Positions 11,382 to 24,491 of a DNA stretch of 64,000 nt are shown here, one piece after another. Where the stretch lies: assembly GCA_010093705.1 (NCBI GenBank), contig MU006089.1, positions 291,570-355,569 on the forward strand, in the 5' to 3' direction. The translations under genes and the position numbers were made by a program. The notes under the pieces were generated by a model. That model was not told the origin of the DNA. It worked only from the letters and a program-made list of their open reading frames with translations, and did not search any database. Positions within the stretch are counted from its first letter, which is position 1, and each line of letters begins with the position of its first letter. Origin of the DNA: Patellaria atrata CBS 101060 (Eukaryota).

Positions 11382-14300
11382 ATGGTTCAATTAGTGAAGT
11401 TGGCGACATGCCAGCTCAATCAATGGGTTCTGGACTTTGAAGGCAATGCCGCACGCATCATCGAATCCATCAAGCATGCTAAAGAGCAGGGTGCTACTTT
11501 CAGACTCGGCCCAGAGCTTGAGATTACTGGATATGGATGTCTGGATCACTTTTTGGAGAACGACACTTATGGTGAGTATCTCTGTTAGTATGGAGATTAT
11601 AACTGACCTTGACCCGTTGCACATAGATCATTCATGGGATATGGTAGGGACATAACATTCTAATCATGTGATGTTATGCTGGGAATGGATGGCTAATGTA
11701 GGGTTATTGAAGATTGAACGGATCATTACGCATCCAAACTGCCAGGATGTAAGTCCTTCCTGATGTTTTATACGACTCAGATAGTAACCAAATAGAATAG
11801 ATACTAATCGACCTGGGTATGCGTACTCCTATTCTGAAATGTTACTGTTGTACTTAACACCATCCTCTTTTAAGGGGCACCAATCATGCATAAGGGTCTC
11901 AGACTGAACTGTAGAGTTATCGTTCACAACAGCAAGATTGTCCTGGTCAGACCAAAACTATCACTTGCCAATGATGGTAACTTTAGAGAGGTTAGAATCT
12001 TCGAATGATATTTGGCACAGCTGTTCTGAAGACTGGGTTTAGATGCGGTATTTTACGCCTTGGCCGAAAGGAGTGCTCGAGGATGTGAGTAAGGTGTTCT
12101 TCACTACAATTTTGAGATACTTACAGACATTTGTAGTTTTATCTTCCAGACGTTATCCGAGAGTCTACAGGTCAAGTCAAATGTGAGATTGGGGAGTGTG
12201 TGCTCAGACTTCAAGATACCGTCCTAGCCCCTGAAACATGCGAAGGTTGGTTTACAACAGTCAACTCTTTAAGGGCGGTTACTAATCAGCATTTAGAATT
12301 ATTTACACCGAATGGTCCATCGATCGCTCAGGGGTTAGATGGTGTAGAAATTTTTACGAACGCGAGCGGTAGCCATCATAGTGTAAGTCTATAGATGGGG
12401 AAATTCCAAGTTGAGAATAGATTTCTAAATAACTCAGTTAAGGAAGCTAGATCAGAGGTTACAACTTATCCTTGAGGCTACGGTAAGTTATATCATACTC
12501 CATCTGCAATTTTCTTGCGTGTCTAGACCTTGAATAGAGAAAATCAGGAGGAGTATATATGTACAGCAATCAGTGCGGCGGAGGTAATCAATCCCTGAGG
12601 TAGAATGGTGACTCAATACTAAAGGTTCCATGTAGATGGTGACCGACTCTACTATGACGGTTGCGCGATGATCGTGATAAACGGCAAGATAAAGGCTCAG
12701 GGAAGTCAGTTCTCCCTAAAAGATGTCGAAGTTCTTACAGCTACTGTAGACCTCGTAAGTGATAACACCCCCCTTTGAATGCTGAAAAATAGATATTGAT
12801 TAATACAGGATGAAGTGAGGTAAACTACCCTTGTATCCTTCTAGCACCATATCCCTAACTGTTGAATAACAGGTCATACCGATTTGCTCCGAGTAGAGCG
12901 TAAGTCACCCAGATTATGTATTACCCTTGGACACTACTTATAATCTCAGCCTACAAGCAGTAGAGCAACTTCGCAATGGAAACAGCCTAAAGAGAATTGA
13001 ACTACTCGAGTATCGGTTGTCTCGCAAGAGTGCCGTTATTGATTTCAGCTTGAAACCTTCACCGACCCTCGAACCGCGGTACCACACACCTTCCGAAGAA
13101 ATTGGCATGTGTGGTGGTGCTTTCCTGTGGGATTATCTACGGTATTCTATTGGTTTTCATGCCCCGATAGTTATCACTTTACTAACTAATATCGTAGACG
13201 GAGCCGCCAAGCTGGCTACTTTATTCCCCTATCTGGTGGTAAGTTGACATCCTCATTATTCATCCCCTTTGTTAAGTGAAATGTTAGGTATCGATTCCTG
13301 CGCGACATCCGTCATGGTTTTCAAGTAAGTGCAGACCCATGTTCATAAGTTGAATATGTTGAGACTGACAGAATCTTGCAGTATGTGTAGAATGGTGCTC
13401 CAAGCTATTGATGAGGGCGATAAACAGGTCATAGCAGACGCTCGTCGTATTTCTGGAGAAGCTGAGGACTCAGATTGGCTACCGAAATCACCTCAGGAGC
13501 TATCCAACAAGATATTCCATACTTGCTTTATGGGCAGTGTGAATAGCTCGAAAGAGACTCGGTTTGTTCCCGTAGTATTATAGTCTGAGACAATATTAAC
13601 GTACGGTATAGTTCTCGAGCTAAAGAACTAGCTGCGAATATTGGAGCGTAAGCAGTTTTTATTAGGGCTGCAGATCTATAACTAATATCACTTAGCTATC
13701 ATATAGACTTAAATATCGACAGTGTAGTTACTGCTTTAACGACTATGTTCTCCGCGGTCACAAACTTCGTACCCAGGTTTAAGGTGAGTATTACTTCCTA
13801 GGCAAAACTCTAAAGACAATACACTCACATATTCTAAGCTACATGGTGGAACCGCGACGGAAAATTTAGCGTAAGTACAACAGTCTTTCACGTACACACA
13901 AATGGCTGATAGTGGTTAGACTCCAAAATATTCAAGCAAGACTACGAATGGTTATAGCTTACATGTAAGAGACTTCCCTTTTACGTACATCAATCCCCTA
14001 ATAAAAGCCGACAGGTTCGCGCAACTTCTACCGTCTGTAAGACAACGACCTGGAGGTGGCGGTCTACTAGTACTGGGAAGCGCGAGTGGGTGCCCCTTCT
14101 AGAATTCTCTATGCCATTTACTGACTTTAAAAAGATGTTGACGAATGTTTGCGTGGATGTAAGGAGAGCGGGACTCAACCTATTTATATATATCTGACTA
14201 ATTTGTTCATCATAAGACTTAACAAAGTACGATTGTTCTTCAGCAGATATCAACCCCATAGGTAGGAACACTTTACAAGTTCAAAAACTTCCTCAATTAA

Positions 14301-15091
14301 TCATGTAAAGGTGGCATCTCGAAGACCGATCTGAAAGGATTCATCGCGGTAGGTTAAAATGGCAGCAGAGTTCACCACTACAGCGCTGAATTACAGCAGT
14401 ATGCGCAAGAACACTACGACCTCCCTATTCTAGAAGGGTTTCTATCCGCTGTCCCAACAGCAGAGGTACGAAACCACTGTCCCACCCCAAACGAATTGCA
14501 TCTACTTACAAATATAATAGCTCGAGCCTATTTCGGAAACATATGTCCAGTCCGACGAAGCAGATATGGGCATGACTTACGACGAGCTCAGTCAATTTGG
14601 CACCCTCCGCAAGGTCCACCGACTTTCGGGATACGGGATGTGGCAGGCGCTGCTGCATCTCTGGGGAGATCGACTTTCTCCCAGACAGGTCTATGAGAAG
14701 ACGAGGTGGTTCTTTTGGTGTTGGGCCGCTAATAGGCATAAGATGACCGTCATGACGCCTGCGTTGCATATGGTGAGTCTATATTAGCGCAATTCCATGT
14801 CACTGTTTGTGTGATTGAGGGAAGTAAGAAAGAAAGGGAAAGGGGAAGCAGGTGTTGTTGAGCTTATAAGGTTAACGGAGTGATAGGAACAATACTCCCC
14901 GGATGATAATCGTTATGATTGTAAGTTTAACCCTTTCCTTTTGTAGGGAGTTTGTGATTAGATCCAGCAAAGTTAACGAATTGCTAGTACGTCCCTTCGT
15001 CTATCCCGTGTTCTCGTGGCCGTGGAAGAAGGTCGAGGACGCTTTGAAGGTATTTGAGAGCGAGGAAGCCAAGGCAAAAAAGACGGAGTGA
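11382..15091 (+). CDS. QNS1: Glutamine-dependent NAD+ synthetase; 29 exons, 28 introns
   Basis: The spliced product has the nitrilase-fold triad (GPELE, RPK, ETCEELF), [55 protein letters not shown] and DEADMGMTY. All introns are GT-AG. Confidence 0.95.
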
Positions 15092-15465
15092 GCAGGCTGG
15101 TAGTTCCTTCCGAAATAGGGATACATCCCGCAAGGAAGGTAACCGTTGGGCAACTATGAATGGCTTGTACTTACAGTACTATACGAGAATCAAGGAAAGT
15201 TATCAGACAGCTCATTAAATGAACCCACTCATACCCGACTGTATTATGCTAGTTCCTAGGTTGTTTATTACAACAAGGCCCTCCACTTCCCACATAGAAC
15301 TTAAATTAAAAGTAAACGAACGCATCCTAAGCTTCCCCTGTGTATACCACCCCCAAACATTAACACCCTACCATAACACCCGACATCAAAAACCCACCTG
15401 GCCTTCTGCGCCTAGAACCACCCTATCCCCATGCCCGAAATCCAGATCCGACAATACCTCCAGAA

Positions 15466-15567
15466 TCAACCTCGAACCGGATAAGGCGGCGCACCACCTG
15501 CGCCCGACGGCGAAAACACACTCCCCCTATTCCCCGCTCCCGCCCCCTGTCCTGCCCCCGTCGCCGG

Positions 15568-15603
<36 letters not shown>

Positions 15604-16424
15604 AGCATACTTCTCTCCCTCCGCAAGCGCCGTCTCCGTCCGCGCAAACGTCGACGTGGGAGCCGGATCCGGAGCCGGAGCCGGGTGAGCAAACGCCGGA
15701 TTGGGTCCCACGGGTACCGTGGCCGCCGCTTCCGTATCCCGCGCGTGCGCGGGAGCGGAACCGACAAGATGGCGACAATGACGTCCCGACAGTGCCACCA
15801 TCCCGAAAAGGAACAACGGAACCTCGAGGCCAGCGAAAACCGCAGCCGCGACGCCAGCGCGCCGGGCCGGTTTGCTGCCGCCGTAGAGATGGCGCGTATA
15901 TGCTTCTTTGCCGTAGAAGCGGTAGACGCGGTGGTAGGCGGACAGGAGGGTGGCGGCGACGAGCCAGAGGAGGAGGGCGAGGGTGTCGGTGGCGAGGGCG
16001 AGGCGGGTCGAGTGGTGTTTTGAGAGGGTGGCGTAGGAAAAGGGGGTTGAGAGGGGGAGGAGCGGGAGGAGGGTTAGGGTTGCGATTACGGCTGTTGTTA
16101 TGAGGGCGGGGCGGATCTGTTTGGCGGGGGGTTTGTTAGCTGGGATAAATTGGGGGGATTTGAGGGTTGATGGGGTTGGGAGATGGGTTTGTTTCGGACG
16201 GGATTATTGCAGGGGGGAAAGGGGAAATGGGTCTGAGGAGTTCATGGGAGACGTACGGGACCGCCATCGTTGACGCTGAGACCGTAAGCGACGAGCCCGA
16301 GGACGAGAATTGCGAGGAGAGCTTGGAGTATACGGAGGGGGAGAAACCACGATGGGACGGGTGCTGCGCCTCCACGGAGCCCTAGGGAAGAGAGGGGGGA
16401 ATGATGAGCACGTTCAGGAGGCAT
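15466..16424 (-). CDS. MARVEL-like 4-TM membrane protein with Pro/Ala-rich tail; 2 exons
   Basis: ATG at 16424; LRILQALLAILVLGLVAY; intron 16256-16117 (GTACGT...GCTAAC...ACAG); then DTLALLLWLVAATLL and AAAVFAGLEVPLF, ending at 15466. Confidence 0.75.
15568..15606. repeat. (GGAGCA)n hexamer microsatellite encoding Pro-Ala repeats on the minus strand
   Basis: gagagcaggagcaggagcaggagcaggagcaggaggagc. Confidence 0.85.
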
Positions 16425-17430
16425 TTTTTGCAGGTTCTTTCCCCGAATTGTGCAAGTAAAAAGATTCCCAGTGCCGTTTGAAAGAGCGAAGTTATCGAGG
16501 AAATCCTTCAGATGGAGCGAAAGCTTGAAGCTGAGACAAACATCGTTTTTGAGTGTAGGAATTCGCGATATCCGTTTCATGACGACAGGAGGGAACAAAG
16601 GTCACTATTACGGTTGCGTCGTAATGGTAAGGTATGAACGCGGTGATAAGGAATGAAGGCTCAACATAGGAATGTTGTGCGACCATAATGTTACCAAATG
16701 GGATCGAAGCGACACTGAGCGATTTCACCATTTCTGTAGTACACGAGTAAAATTGAAGAGCGACTATCGGAGGTATCAAGCTATGAGCTATGAGGAAACC
16801 AAGCGGATGACACCAAACCTTCATCAAGACAGACAGAACTAGTGTCCACTGTACAGTTCTTTAATACCAGCCCCAGACGCAACCCATTCCGAAAGAAAAC
16901 TCAGATGAGGGTAATATACAAATTACAATAGAGTTATTTATCAGAAAGAAAACAAAAGTAGCGGAAGACTCATGCCAACTGTGATAATATCCAGCCTCTC
17001 TTAGGGAGGACATGTGAAAACTTTTCCTGAAAGCAACTTGTTTTCGAAAAGAATTCGAGCGATGACGATATAACCAGAAAAAGATTCGCTCGTATGATGT
17101 GCAAACTATAAAACACTCTGGTAGGAAGAACACCTTTGCAACCCCTTACCATGGACCGGTCGTGAAAAAGAAAAACGCCGGTCTTTCCGCAATCCCCGCC
17201 GCCCATACCAGTTCTTGAACCGTTCAACCTGACCTACCCCAACACCTCTTTGTTTGCTCATTGGGTTTTTTCAGAAGTCGCTATCGTGTACGGGACTACT
17301 GCCGAGACAAATGTGATGACGCCGGCCAACTCCTCGTTATGTGGGTACTTTCGCAAAGCCAGTTCGATGACGCTGATAAGGAATTCAACAAGTATTACAA
17401 AATAAACTTCAGAATCGGTCGCGTATTTCC

Positions 17431-19434
17431 TTATCGACCTTGTTGTTGCGGTTGCTGTTGTTCTTTGAGGCTTGCAACTTCGTTTTGAAGTCTGTTGACT
17501 TCGTCTTGCGTTCTTGCCAAACGCGCTTCTATATCACGAACGTACGCCCATAGATCGGACTCTGCTCTTGCTCCTAAAACTTCGCGCATGCTGCCACCGC
17601 TACTCGGCGCGTGACTATGGCTGGATAAACTCCCAGGATTCGATGCATTCGTTGGACCACTCTGGCCTGGTTGTTGATGCAAGATGTTGGGGTGATGTTG
17701 AATGCCACTCATGTTTGCTTGCGGTGGCGGATTGGACATTGATTTAGGAATGGATATTCTAGGATCCGATGGGCTTAGGCCCGGGAGAGATGGTAGATGG
17801 GGAACGTTAGATGTGTTGACGGAAGGTGGTGGAAGGCCCATAGGAGATGAACCTCTGCCTGCACCGCGACTGTACTGAGATGGGTGAAGTTGATGTTGCA
17901 TATTGGGCGAGCGGGCGCCGGGTACCGATCCCGACTCCGGAACTCCAAGCCGATTATCGGTTTGGCCGGGAGACAGCGGCTTCGGACTTTCCGTCATCCC
18001 ACCTTGTGCATAGACACCTGCGCTCTGACCGGCGCTAAAATGTACAGAAGCCATGCTTGATCCTGGTTGTAGATTGGGGCTCAACGTGCTGGACTGATCC
18101 CTCGACGAAGCCGCACTTGTGCTAGGCGGATACATAGGTCGAAGGTTATTGCCCAACATTCTATTCCCCGCAACAGGAGGATAAGTACTTCCATGTTGAT
18201 TGTAGCTTGTCGAGGTGGAGCCCTGCCTCTGTGGATGCTTATGCGCCGGTTCACTTACTCTTCGACCGGAATTGGTGTTATCGTCCTCCATATTTTCATC
18301 ATCGTCATTTTCTTGTCCATGGTACATTAGTCCCTCCATGCCTTCCTCTTTTCCCTCTCCACCTTCTTCATCCACACCTCCAAAACTAGCCCTTCTACCC
18401 GCACAACCGCCTTGCCCTTTGTTATGTCGAGCCAAAGCATCTCCTCGAGCAAATCGTCGTCCACACTTAGGGCACGTGTGGGGTCTTTCCCCAGTATGAA
18501 GCTTGGTATGCCGCTTCAAGTCATGAAGTCTTCGAAATCTTGCTTGACATGTAGGGCATTCAAATGGTTTCTCCTGGCTGTGGGTCAAAAGATGACTTTT
18601 CAGATTATGATGCCTTGTGAAATCCGTCGAACAATAAGGACATTTGTGTCTTCTCGTCGTCGGAGACCGGGGAGTACTTTGAGGATAACCTGGCATGGGT
18701 AGGCTCATTCCTCTTGAGGGACCAGCATCCTGCTCTGGTGGAACGGGACCGGGAAATGTAAATGCTCTATTCGATGGCTGATCCTCGGGAGGATTGGAGG
18801 ATGGGCCTGCAGCGGGTTGCTGTCCGTTATTTTCTCCTAATATGTTATGAAGACTCTGTGGGCCAGCAATAGCTGTTTCGCTTGCCGTTACCGTCGGTGC
18901 AGTGGTGGTATCAACAGAACCAAAACTCGACATGCTCACTGGACTTGTTTGCATATTATCGACAGAGATGTTATCCGGTATCGATATTGCCTTGGATACT
19001 CTTGCGAGCGGTTCACTCATCTTCGTAATAGCATTTGGCGCATCGTTGGTTTTGCTCATGCCTGGATTCCCAAGCAGAGCGTTCAAAGCATTGGCGGCTG
19101 GGTTCGGACTTGTCTGACGGGAACCTTCATGCGCGCGTTGGTCGCGAAGCTTCCGTTGATCCGCCATTGCAGCCGCTCCGGTCAACGGCTGGGGAGAGTA
19201 TCGCGGCGACAAGCCGCGCTCCTGTGTCTTCGCCGATATGGGTTGAACGGCCGGATCGAATGGTTCTTGGGGGAATGAGATCTGTGGCTGTTTTGGTAAA
19301 CCTTGGTCTGTAGGCGCAGGCGCACCAGGTGGCTGAGAGGTTGAAGATATAGATATTGGTGTATTCGGGGTCGCGTTAGATGGTAGGAAACTTCCAGTAT
19401 GTGTGGGAGTTACAGCTCGAGTAGATGTAGCCAT
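17431..19434 (-). CDS. C2H2 zinc-finger transcription factor (3 fingers) with C-terminal coiled coil
   Basis: CPYC..HLLTH, CPTC..HTKLH with a TGERP linker, and CPKC..HNKGQGGC; 667-aa ORF without coding introns. Confidence 0.93.
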   Translation of the reverse strand: MATSTRAVTPTHTGSFLPSNATPNTPISISSTSQPPGAPAPTDQGLPKQPQISFPQEPFDPAVQPISAKTQERGLSPRYSPQPLTGAAAMADQRKLRDQRAHEGSRQTSPNPAANALNALLGNPGMSKTNDAPNAITKMSEPLARVSKAISIPDNISVDNMQTSPVSMSSFGSVDTTTAPTVTASETAIAGPQSLHNILGENNGQQPAAGPSSNPPEDQPSNRAFTFPGPVPPEQDAGPSRGMSLPMPGYPQSTPRSPTTRRHKCPYCSTDFTRHHNLKSHLLTHSQEKPFECPTCQARFRRLHDLKRHTKLHTGERPHTCPKCGRRFARGDALARHNKGQGGCAGRRASFGGVDEEGGEGKEEGMEGLMYHGQENDDDENMEDDNTNSGRRVSEPAHKHPQRQGSTSTSYNQHGSTYPPVAGNRMLGNNLRPMYPPSTSAASSRDQSSTLSPNLQPGSSMASVHFSAGQSAGVYAQGGMTESPKPLSPGQTDNRLGVPESGSVPGARSPNMQHQLHPSQYSRGAGRGSSPMGLPPPSVNTSNVPHLPSLPGLSPSDPRISIPKSMSNPPPQANMSGIQHHPNILHQQPGQSGPTNASNPGSLSSHSHAPSSGGSMREVLGARAESDLWAYVRDIEARLARTQDEVNRLQNEVASLKEQQQPQQQGR

Positions 19435-19497
19435 GAGATGGAATTTGATGGCGAGTGCTAAGTAACAAGTCTCTATGGGACTTAGAAAGACCGATTA

Positions 19498-19613
19498 CTA
19501 TTACAACGCGACAGGTGTTAGCTTATCCACGCATTTCGAGATACACACATCAGATGGTAAGGGCGGATGATGTATCTCCATGAGAAGTGGATGGGGACAT
19601 GACGCCCACATAC
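19498..19613 (-). other. 5'-UTR intron of the C2H2 gene
   Basis: Minus strand reads CAGG|GTATGT ... GCTAAC ... AATAG; the acceptor is 63 nt upstream of the ATG. Confidence 0.7.
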
Positions 19614-20052
19614 CCTGAGTATCTAGCCCCATCAAACCGTATAAAGGCCCGCGAATTAGATTTTTCAACTCATTCAATACACGATTAAAGGCCAAAACAT
19701 GTTTAAGGCATATCCGAGCACGCAGCGATGTCCGGTAAGGCAGGTTGAAGAGTAATGCAGGTACACGGTGTGCGCGTAGCGAGCTTGAGAAAGCTGTTTG
19801 GTTGTTGTTCGATTGTAGCTGCGGACGGGACGGAAGGTTCGTGGCAACCAGGTCACCACGATTGGCTCGAAGGATATAGGCGACAATAGAACAGAATGAA
19901 GGGGAACGTCGAATGGTGAGGTGTGAGTGTTGAGGGTTGAGATAACGGTGAAAGCGAGAACAGCTTTTGCGCGGGTCAGTTTTGGGGAACAAGCTTTTGG
20001 GACGGATAGCGGTGGTGGTTTGCAAGGGAGGGAATAGTTTGTGGTTTGTGTG

Positions 20053-20084
20053 TGGATGGTGGATGGTGGATGGTGGATGGTGGA
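20053..20084. repeat. (GGATGGT)n heptamer tandem repeat, about 4 copies
   Basis: tggatggtggatggtggatggtggatggtgga. Confidence 0.75.
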
Positions 20085-22617
20085 GGAGTAAGCACCTCAG
20101 GATGATGGGGATTGAAGAGGCTGGAGAAAGTTCAGCTCGGCAAAGAACGAGCCTCTTTTTACAATATTAATCTCAGGTGTTTGAATCTCACAGGACACAG
20201 GGTGACATGGATAGAGTGATAGACGTAGCGAACGGGTTGCGACGAACCCGATGACGAAGGGGGACTGGAGTGGCTGGACGAAGTTTACCTTTAGGTTGTG
20301 TTGGGGCTGAGGTGATCTCTGGTGTAAAAGCGAAAAGTACAACCACGTAGGTACTGTACGAGTACTACTGTACCGACAGCGCAGTAATATGGATTAAATG
20401 GTTCCCACTACGAGTAACCCGTAAGGTACCGCCTTTAGCTGCAAAAATTGTCAAGCGATTGTATTCGCAGATGATGTTGTTTTAGGGGATACGGGTAGAT
20501 CGAAGGTTCGGTTCTTTCTCTTACGGGCGCTCTGATGGATGGTAGGTACGACCGAGTGACCTTGACCTTATTGCTGGCCTTGCTGGGATTTTTCGCTGTG
20601 GCTTAAGGTAAGTGAAGGCGAACAGACGAAGTCTGTCAGCTTGATTAGTTCTTTTCGCTCCTTTTTAATCATTACCTTTAAGACTCTTGAGGAGAAGCAT
20701 GCGAGGACAAAAAATGACTAAGGTACAGTAATTTAATTGTATCTTATTTTACCATCAATGACACTCGGCTGAGGTGGGAACTGGCCCCCCGCGGACCTCT
20801 ACCTCCTACAATAGGAATTTTTCCTACCTGAACGCTTCCTTGTTTTTTCTAATGATTGTTACATACCAATTATAACGCCTGTGCGAGATTGACATTTCTC
20901 TTTAGCTTGGCCACTCTCTGTTACAAGTACGATAATAATGGTACACAATAACACGACGTAGATGAGCGGGCCTGAACAGGGTGGGTAGTAGGAGATTTTG
21001 CCATACCTAATCGTGGCGCAGCATCATGTGTACTTCACAGATTGGATAGATGGGTTTAAGTCTTTTTTTGCTCCGACGAGAACCGAAACGATTCAAAACA
21101 AACGAACGATACAGTCCCGTCATCCAGCTTCGCGAGGCCGCCCGTCCACCGGTCCCACACGAGCCACCGATACCAACCATGACCCCGTCTCGTCGTCTCG
21201 CACGCATCATAATTTAATCCAAAAACGGTCTTGGTATGGAGTCATTGTGGGCGAAAAGAGAAAACGCATCATAAATTTGTCAGAGCGCCACTTGAACGCA
21301 CGGTTCGCTACGACTGCTTTCGTCCTCTTGGATCCAAAGGTGGTTGTGCTACTTCATGCCGCTTAACGGCAACCAAAGCAACTCTGGCAAGTTACTGCCA
21401 ATAACAATGCGGTTAAAGATACGTCCTCCTTTCTGTCCTCGCCTGCTCGCTTGCTGCCGGTGCTACTAGGGCTCCGATCCAAGCCAAACATCCGATGATT
21501 CGCCCTGGTAGGCTGGAGAGCAAAACGTAGCGCAGCGCAATAATCTCCCAGTCTGCCAATTGGTTTGAATTTCGAAGCCAGGCATTGGCGAGTAATCCAC
21601 TCGACGTCTTGCCTCTAGCCATCTAATAATCATTGATTGTTCGGTCATGCGCTGAAGAAGGAGCAACGTGCTTTTGTCCCAGCTTTACCCAGCTACCGTA
21701 TTTCGGAGCGCCCTCACAACCGTTGCCTGGGAGAGTGGGAGTCCTTAACGCTACGTGTACGGTTCGCCCCAGGTCCAAATTAGGGATCGTCGATGCTGGT
21801 ACTGCTAAGAGTTAGGATCAGCATGGAGTTCCTAAACGGCATTAGCGATGAAGTGGCTGGGAGACACAAAGCCACCTCTCAGCTGGTGAGGTGGAGCACT
21901 AGTCCACTACCGCCTCCCATTGGTGAAAACTCGCCATAGACAGATTCCTAAAGTGATTCTAAACTCTTGCTATGTGTAAAGGATAGGAGCTGTCGTGAGC
22001 TGGTAATCCTTCTGTCCTTAGATATAGATTAGATTCCAGTCTTCTAATAATCGTTGCAAAACAGCCGGAAGTCTGTTTATTCTTGAGTCAGATATGTTCA
22101 GAGCCGCTTTAACCCTAGTGATTCATCTGTGATTAGTTCTATGCGATCAGGCCTGTCAATATCGACCAGACCATATGAATGTCACATTGCCATTTCCAAG
22201 CTGTTCGCCCGTTCTTCCGCGTCCTCTTTGGGACATTATTGGTTGGATCTAATCCATTTCTTGACTTTCCTCACTCGTGTTCGGTTCGGTAAGGTATAGT
22301 TTCTGAACAGGACAAGGGCTACTATCGTCTTGATCCAAGGTCTTGAGCCTAGGTAGGTGAAGGGTACTGATGCTATATCTCCCTCTTATATCTGGCCTAA
22401 GAGTGCATGACTGGACGTAAATCAATAAACACATCGATGGTCATTTGACGAGGTTTGACTATTTCTTATGGTGGACATCTAAAGAGAGGTTTCAAATGAT
22501 AACTCAAACATCGAACACCTTTGCTCGACAGTGAAGAGAGTAAACATAATCCATTCCCGAGTAATACTGATTCTTGTCCTCAAGGATCGATGATCACGAC
22601 ATGTAGGTGCAGAGGAG

Positions 22618-24491
22618 CTATGTTCCCAAGTCCTTCTTTATTGATCCGTGTAGTTCCTCACCTACAGATATTGATAGAGCAGTCAATGCTTCTTGTATAT
22701 TACAGTGGTCATCGTTAGTATGCAATGCTAGGGCAAGAAAGGGAAGACGGCGAAGAGTGCGACCACTCAAGCCCTGAACATTAAGCCAGCTTCCTACAAT
22801 ATGGATACTAGAGATTTTTACTCACCTCACATCTTTCGCAAATGGTCCATAACTTTCTTGGAACAGAATCCGGTCGATTCCAATACTGGACATTCATCTC
22901 CGTATGCGTAGGGATAGACGGTGTGTCCACCAGCTCCCAGCCGGAAACAGGTAGGAGAGAGACTTCGTCGTTGGACGTCTCGCCTGTTTCGTTCTCAACA
23001 CTTTCCCCATTGGTTACAAGGCCACAGCGGATTAGTTCGTTCAGACATGATCGCAATATGTCATACGTAGCTCTGCGACACGGGTTGGGGACGTGTTGTT
23101 TGACATCAACTCTATCCAGAAATGCCGGATCCTTTGCGGTGTTAGTAAGAGTGAATATCCAATGCAGGGCGGTGTCGAACAATAGTCGATATGAGGTTGC
23201 TCGTGCAAAACACCATCACATTCGAATATCCGCGTAGCCTGTCGAGCGCAGTGAGAAGTTGATTTGTTGCCTGTAAAGATTGATTAACTCGGGTTTCAAT
23301 AAATTTGAGGTCCACTTACTCTCATAGCATCGCCGCATTCACTTCCGTGTGCAGCTTTGTCTCGAGATACTGTCAATGTCTCCACCTCATCAATAATGAC
23401 GCACACTAGAGTAGCATCATCATCTGCAATGGTTTGTACATTCTCAAACAGTCGCTCAACGAGCTTACTACTTTCACCAAACCATTTGCTCAGCAGTAAA
23501 TGCGAATTTAGTTCGACCAATCTGCTGCGTGTGAAGTACTTTCCTAATCGAATGGCGAGCTTTTGAGCAAGTGCACGACTATGAGTTGTATAATTAGCTA
23601 GAATTTGTACAATACGGTAAACTCGATCCATGATCAAGTCCAATTAAGTAATAATTGAATTATCGTATTGATATTGCAAGCTGGCACAAGGTTTATATAC
23701 CATAATGTCGTTTTTCCCGTTCCAGGAGGACCGTGAAGGAGAAGTAAGCGATTCCAGTTTACAATGTTCTGCTTTAGATCCGGGTTCTTCATTAAAGTCA
23801 CTGATCTAATTAGCAACAGAGCATAGAAAATTCGTTGTACGGGTTACGACTTACTCATCCTTGTGATGTACCTCAAAAGGCGAGCGGGAATCGGCTCATC
23901 ATAGATTAACCTAGAAAATATTAGAGAACTTCTTCAGGTAATAGTAACTATAGACCTACGTTTCCCAAAGGTCGACGAGTGCTTTGCTCGGAAGACGAGT
24001 GATTCGCGCTCGAACATTGGTTTCCTCCTCTTCTTCCCTGTTGGATGACTTCATAGGAGATGAGCCCTCCTCATCGCTGTCATGAATCTCGTACGATTGA
24101 ACGTCCAGATTCACATCTTGCAATTTGTGAAATGATGTCTGCCCATCGACACCGGAGAAGTCAACCACATTAATAGATTCAATGAGATTACCGCTTTGCA
24201 ATGTTTCTCCCTTTGGATAAGTATAAAGAAATAGTAAATTGGAGATGCCTTACCGAAGCCAAGTACTTTCTCATTAATCTTTAAATGTATAAAGCTCTTG
24301 AGCAACCAATCAGAAACTTCATTGCTTACCTACATCAAGATATATCAGCAATTTGAAGTGAGGATAAAGCGTCAAGTTGCAGAAGCTTGTCCTACAAGAT
24401 CTGTCCTGATGAAAGTACCAGGTGAACTTTTCAGGCGGACCTCAACATGTAAAGAAGGTCTAAGTTTCATTGCAGTTGTAATAAAAGACAT
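22618..24491 (-). CDS. PCH2: Pachytene checkpoint AAA+ ATPase (Pch2/TRIP13), multi-exon
   Basis: [42 protein letters not shown], Walker B IIDEVETL, NQLLTALD, DPAFLDRVD and GLSGRTLRRLP; stop TAG at 22618-22620. Confidence 0.93.

Noticed and set aside
15219..16103. 294-aa plus-strand ORF
   Set aside because: Antisense shadow of the GC-rich MARVEL gene, low complexity.
22110..22118. TAACCCTAG, resembling a telomerase RNA template
   Set aside because: A single short match expected by chance; no pseudoknot or CR4/5 element identified nearby.
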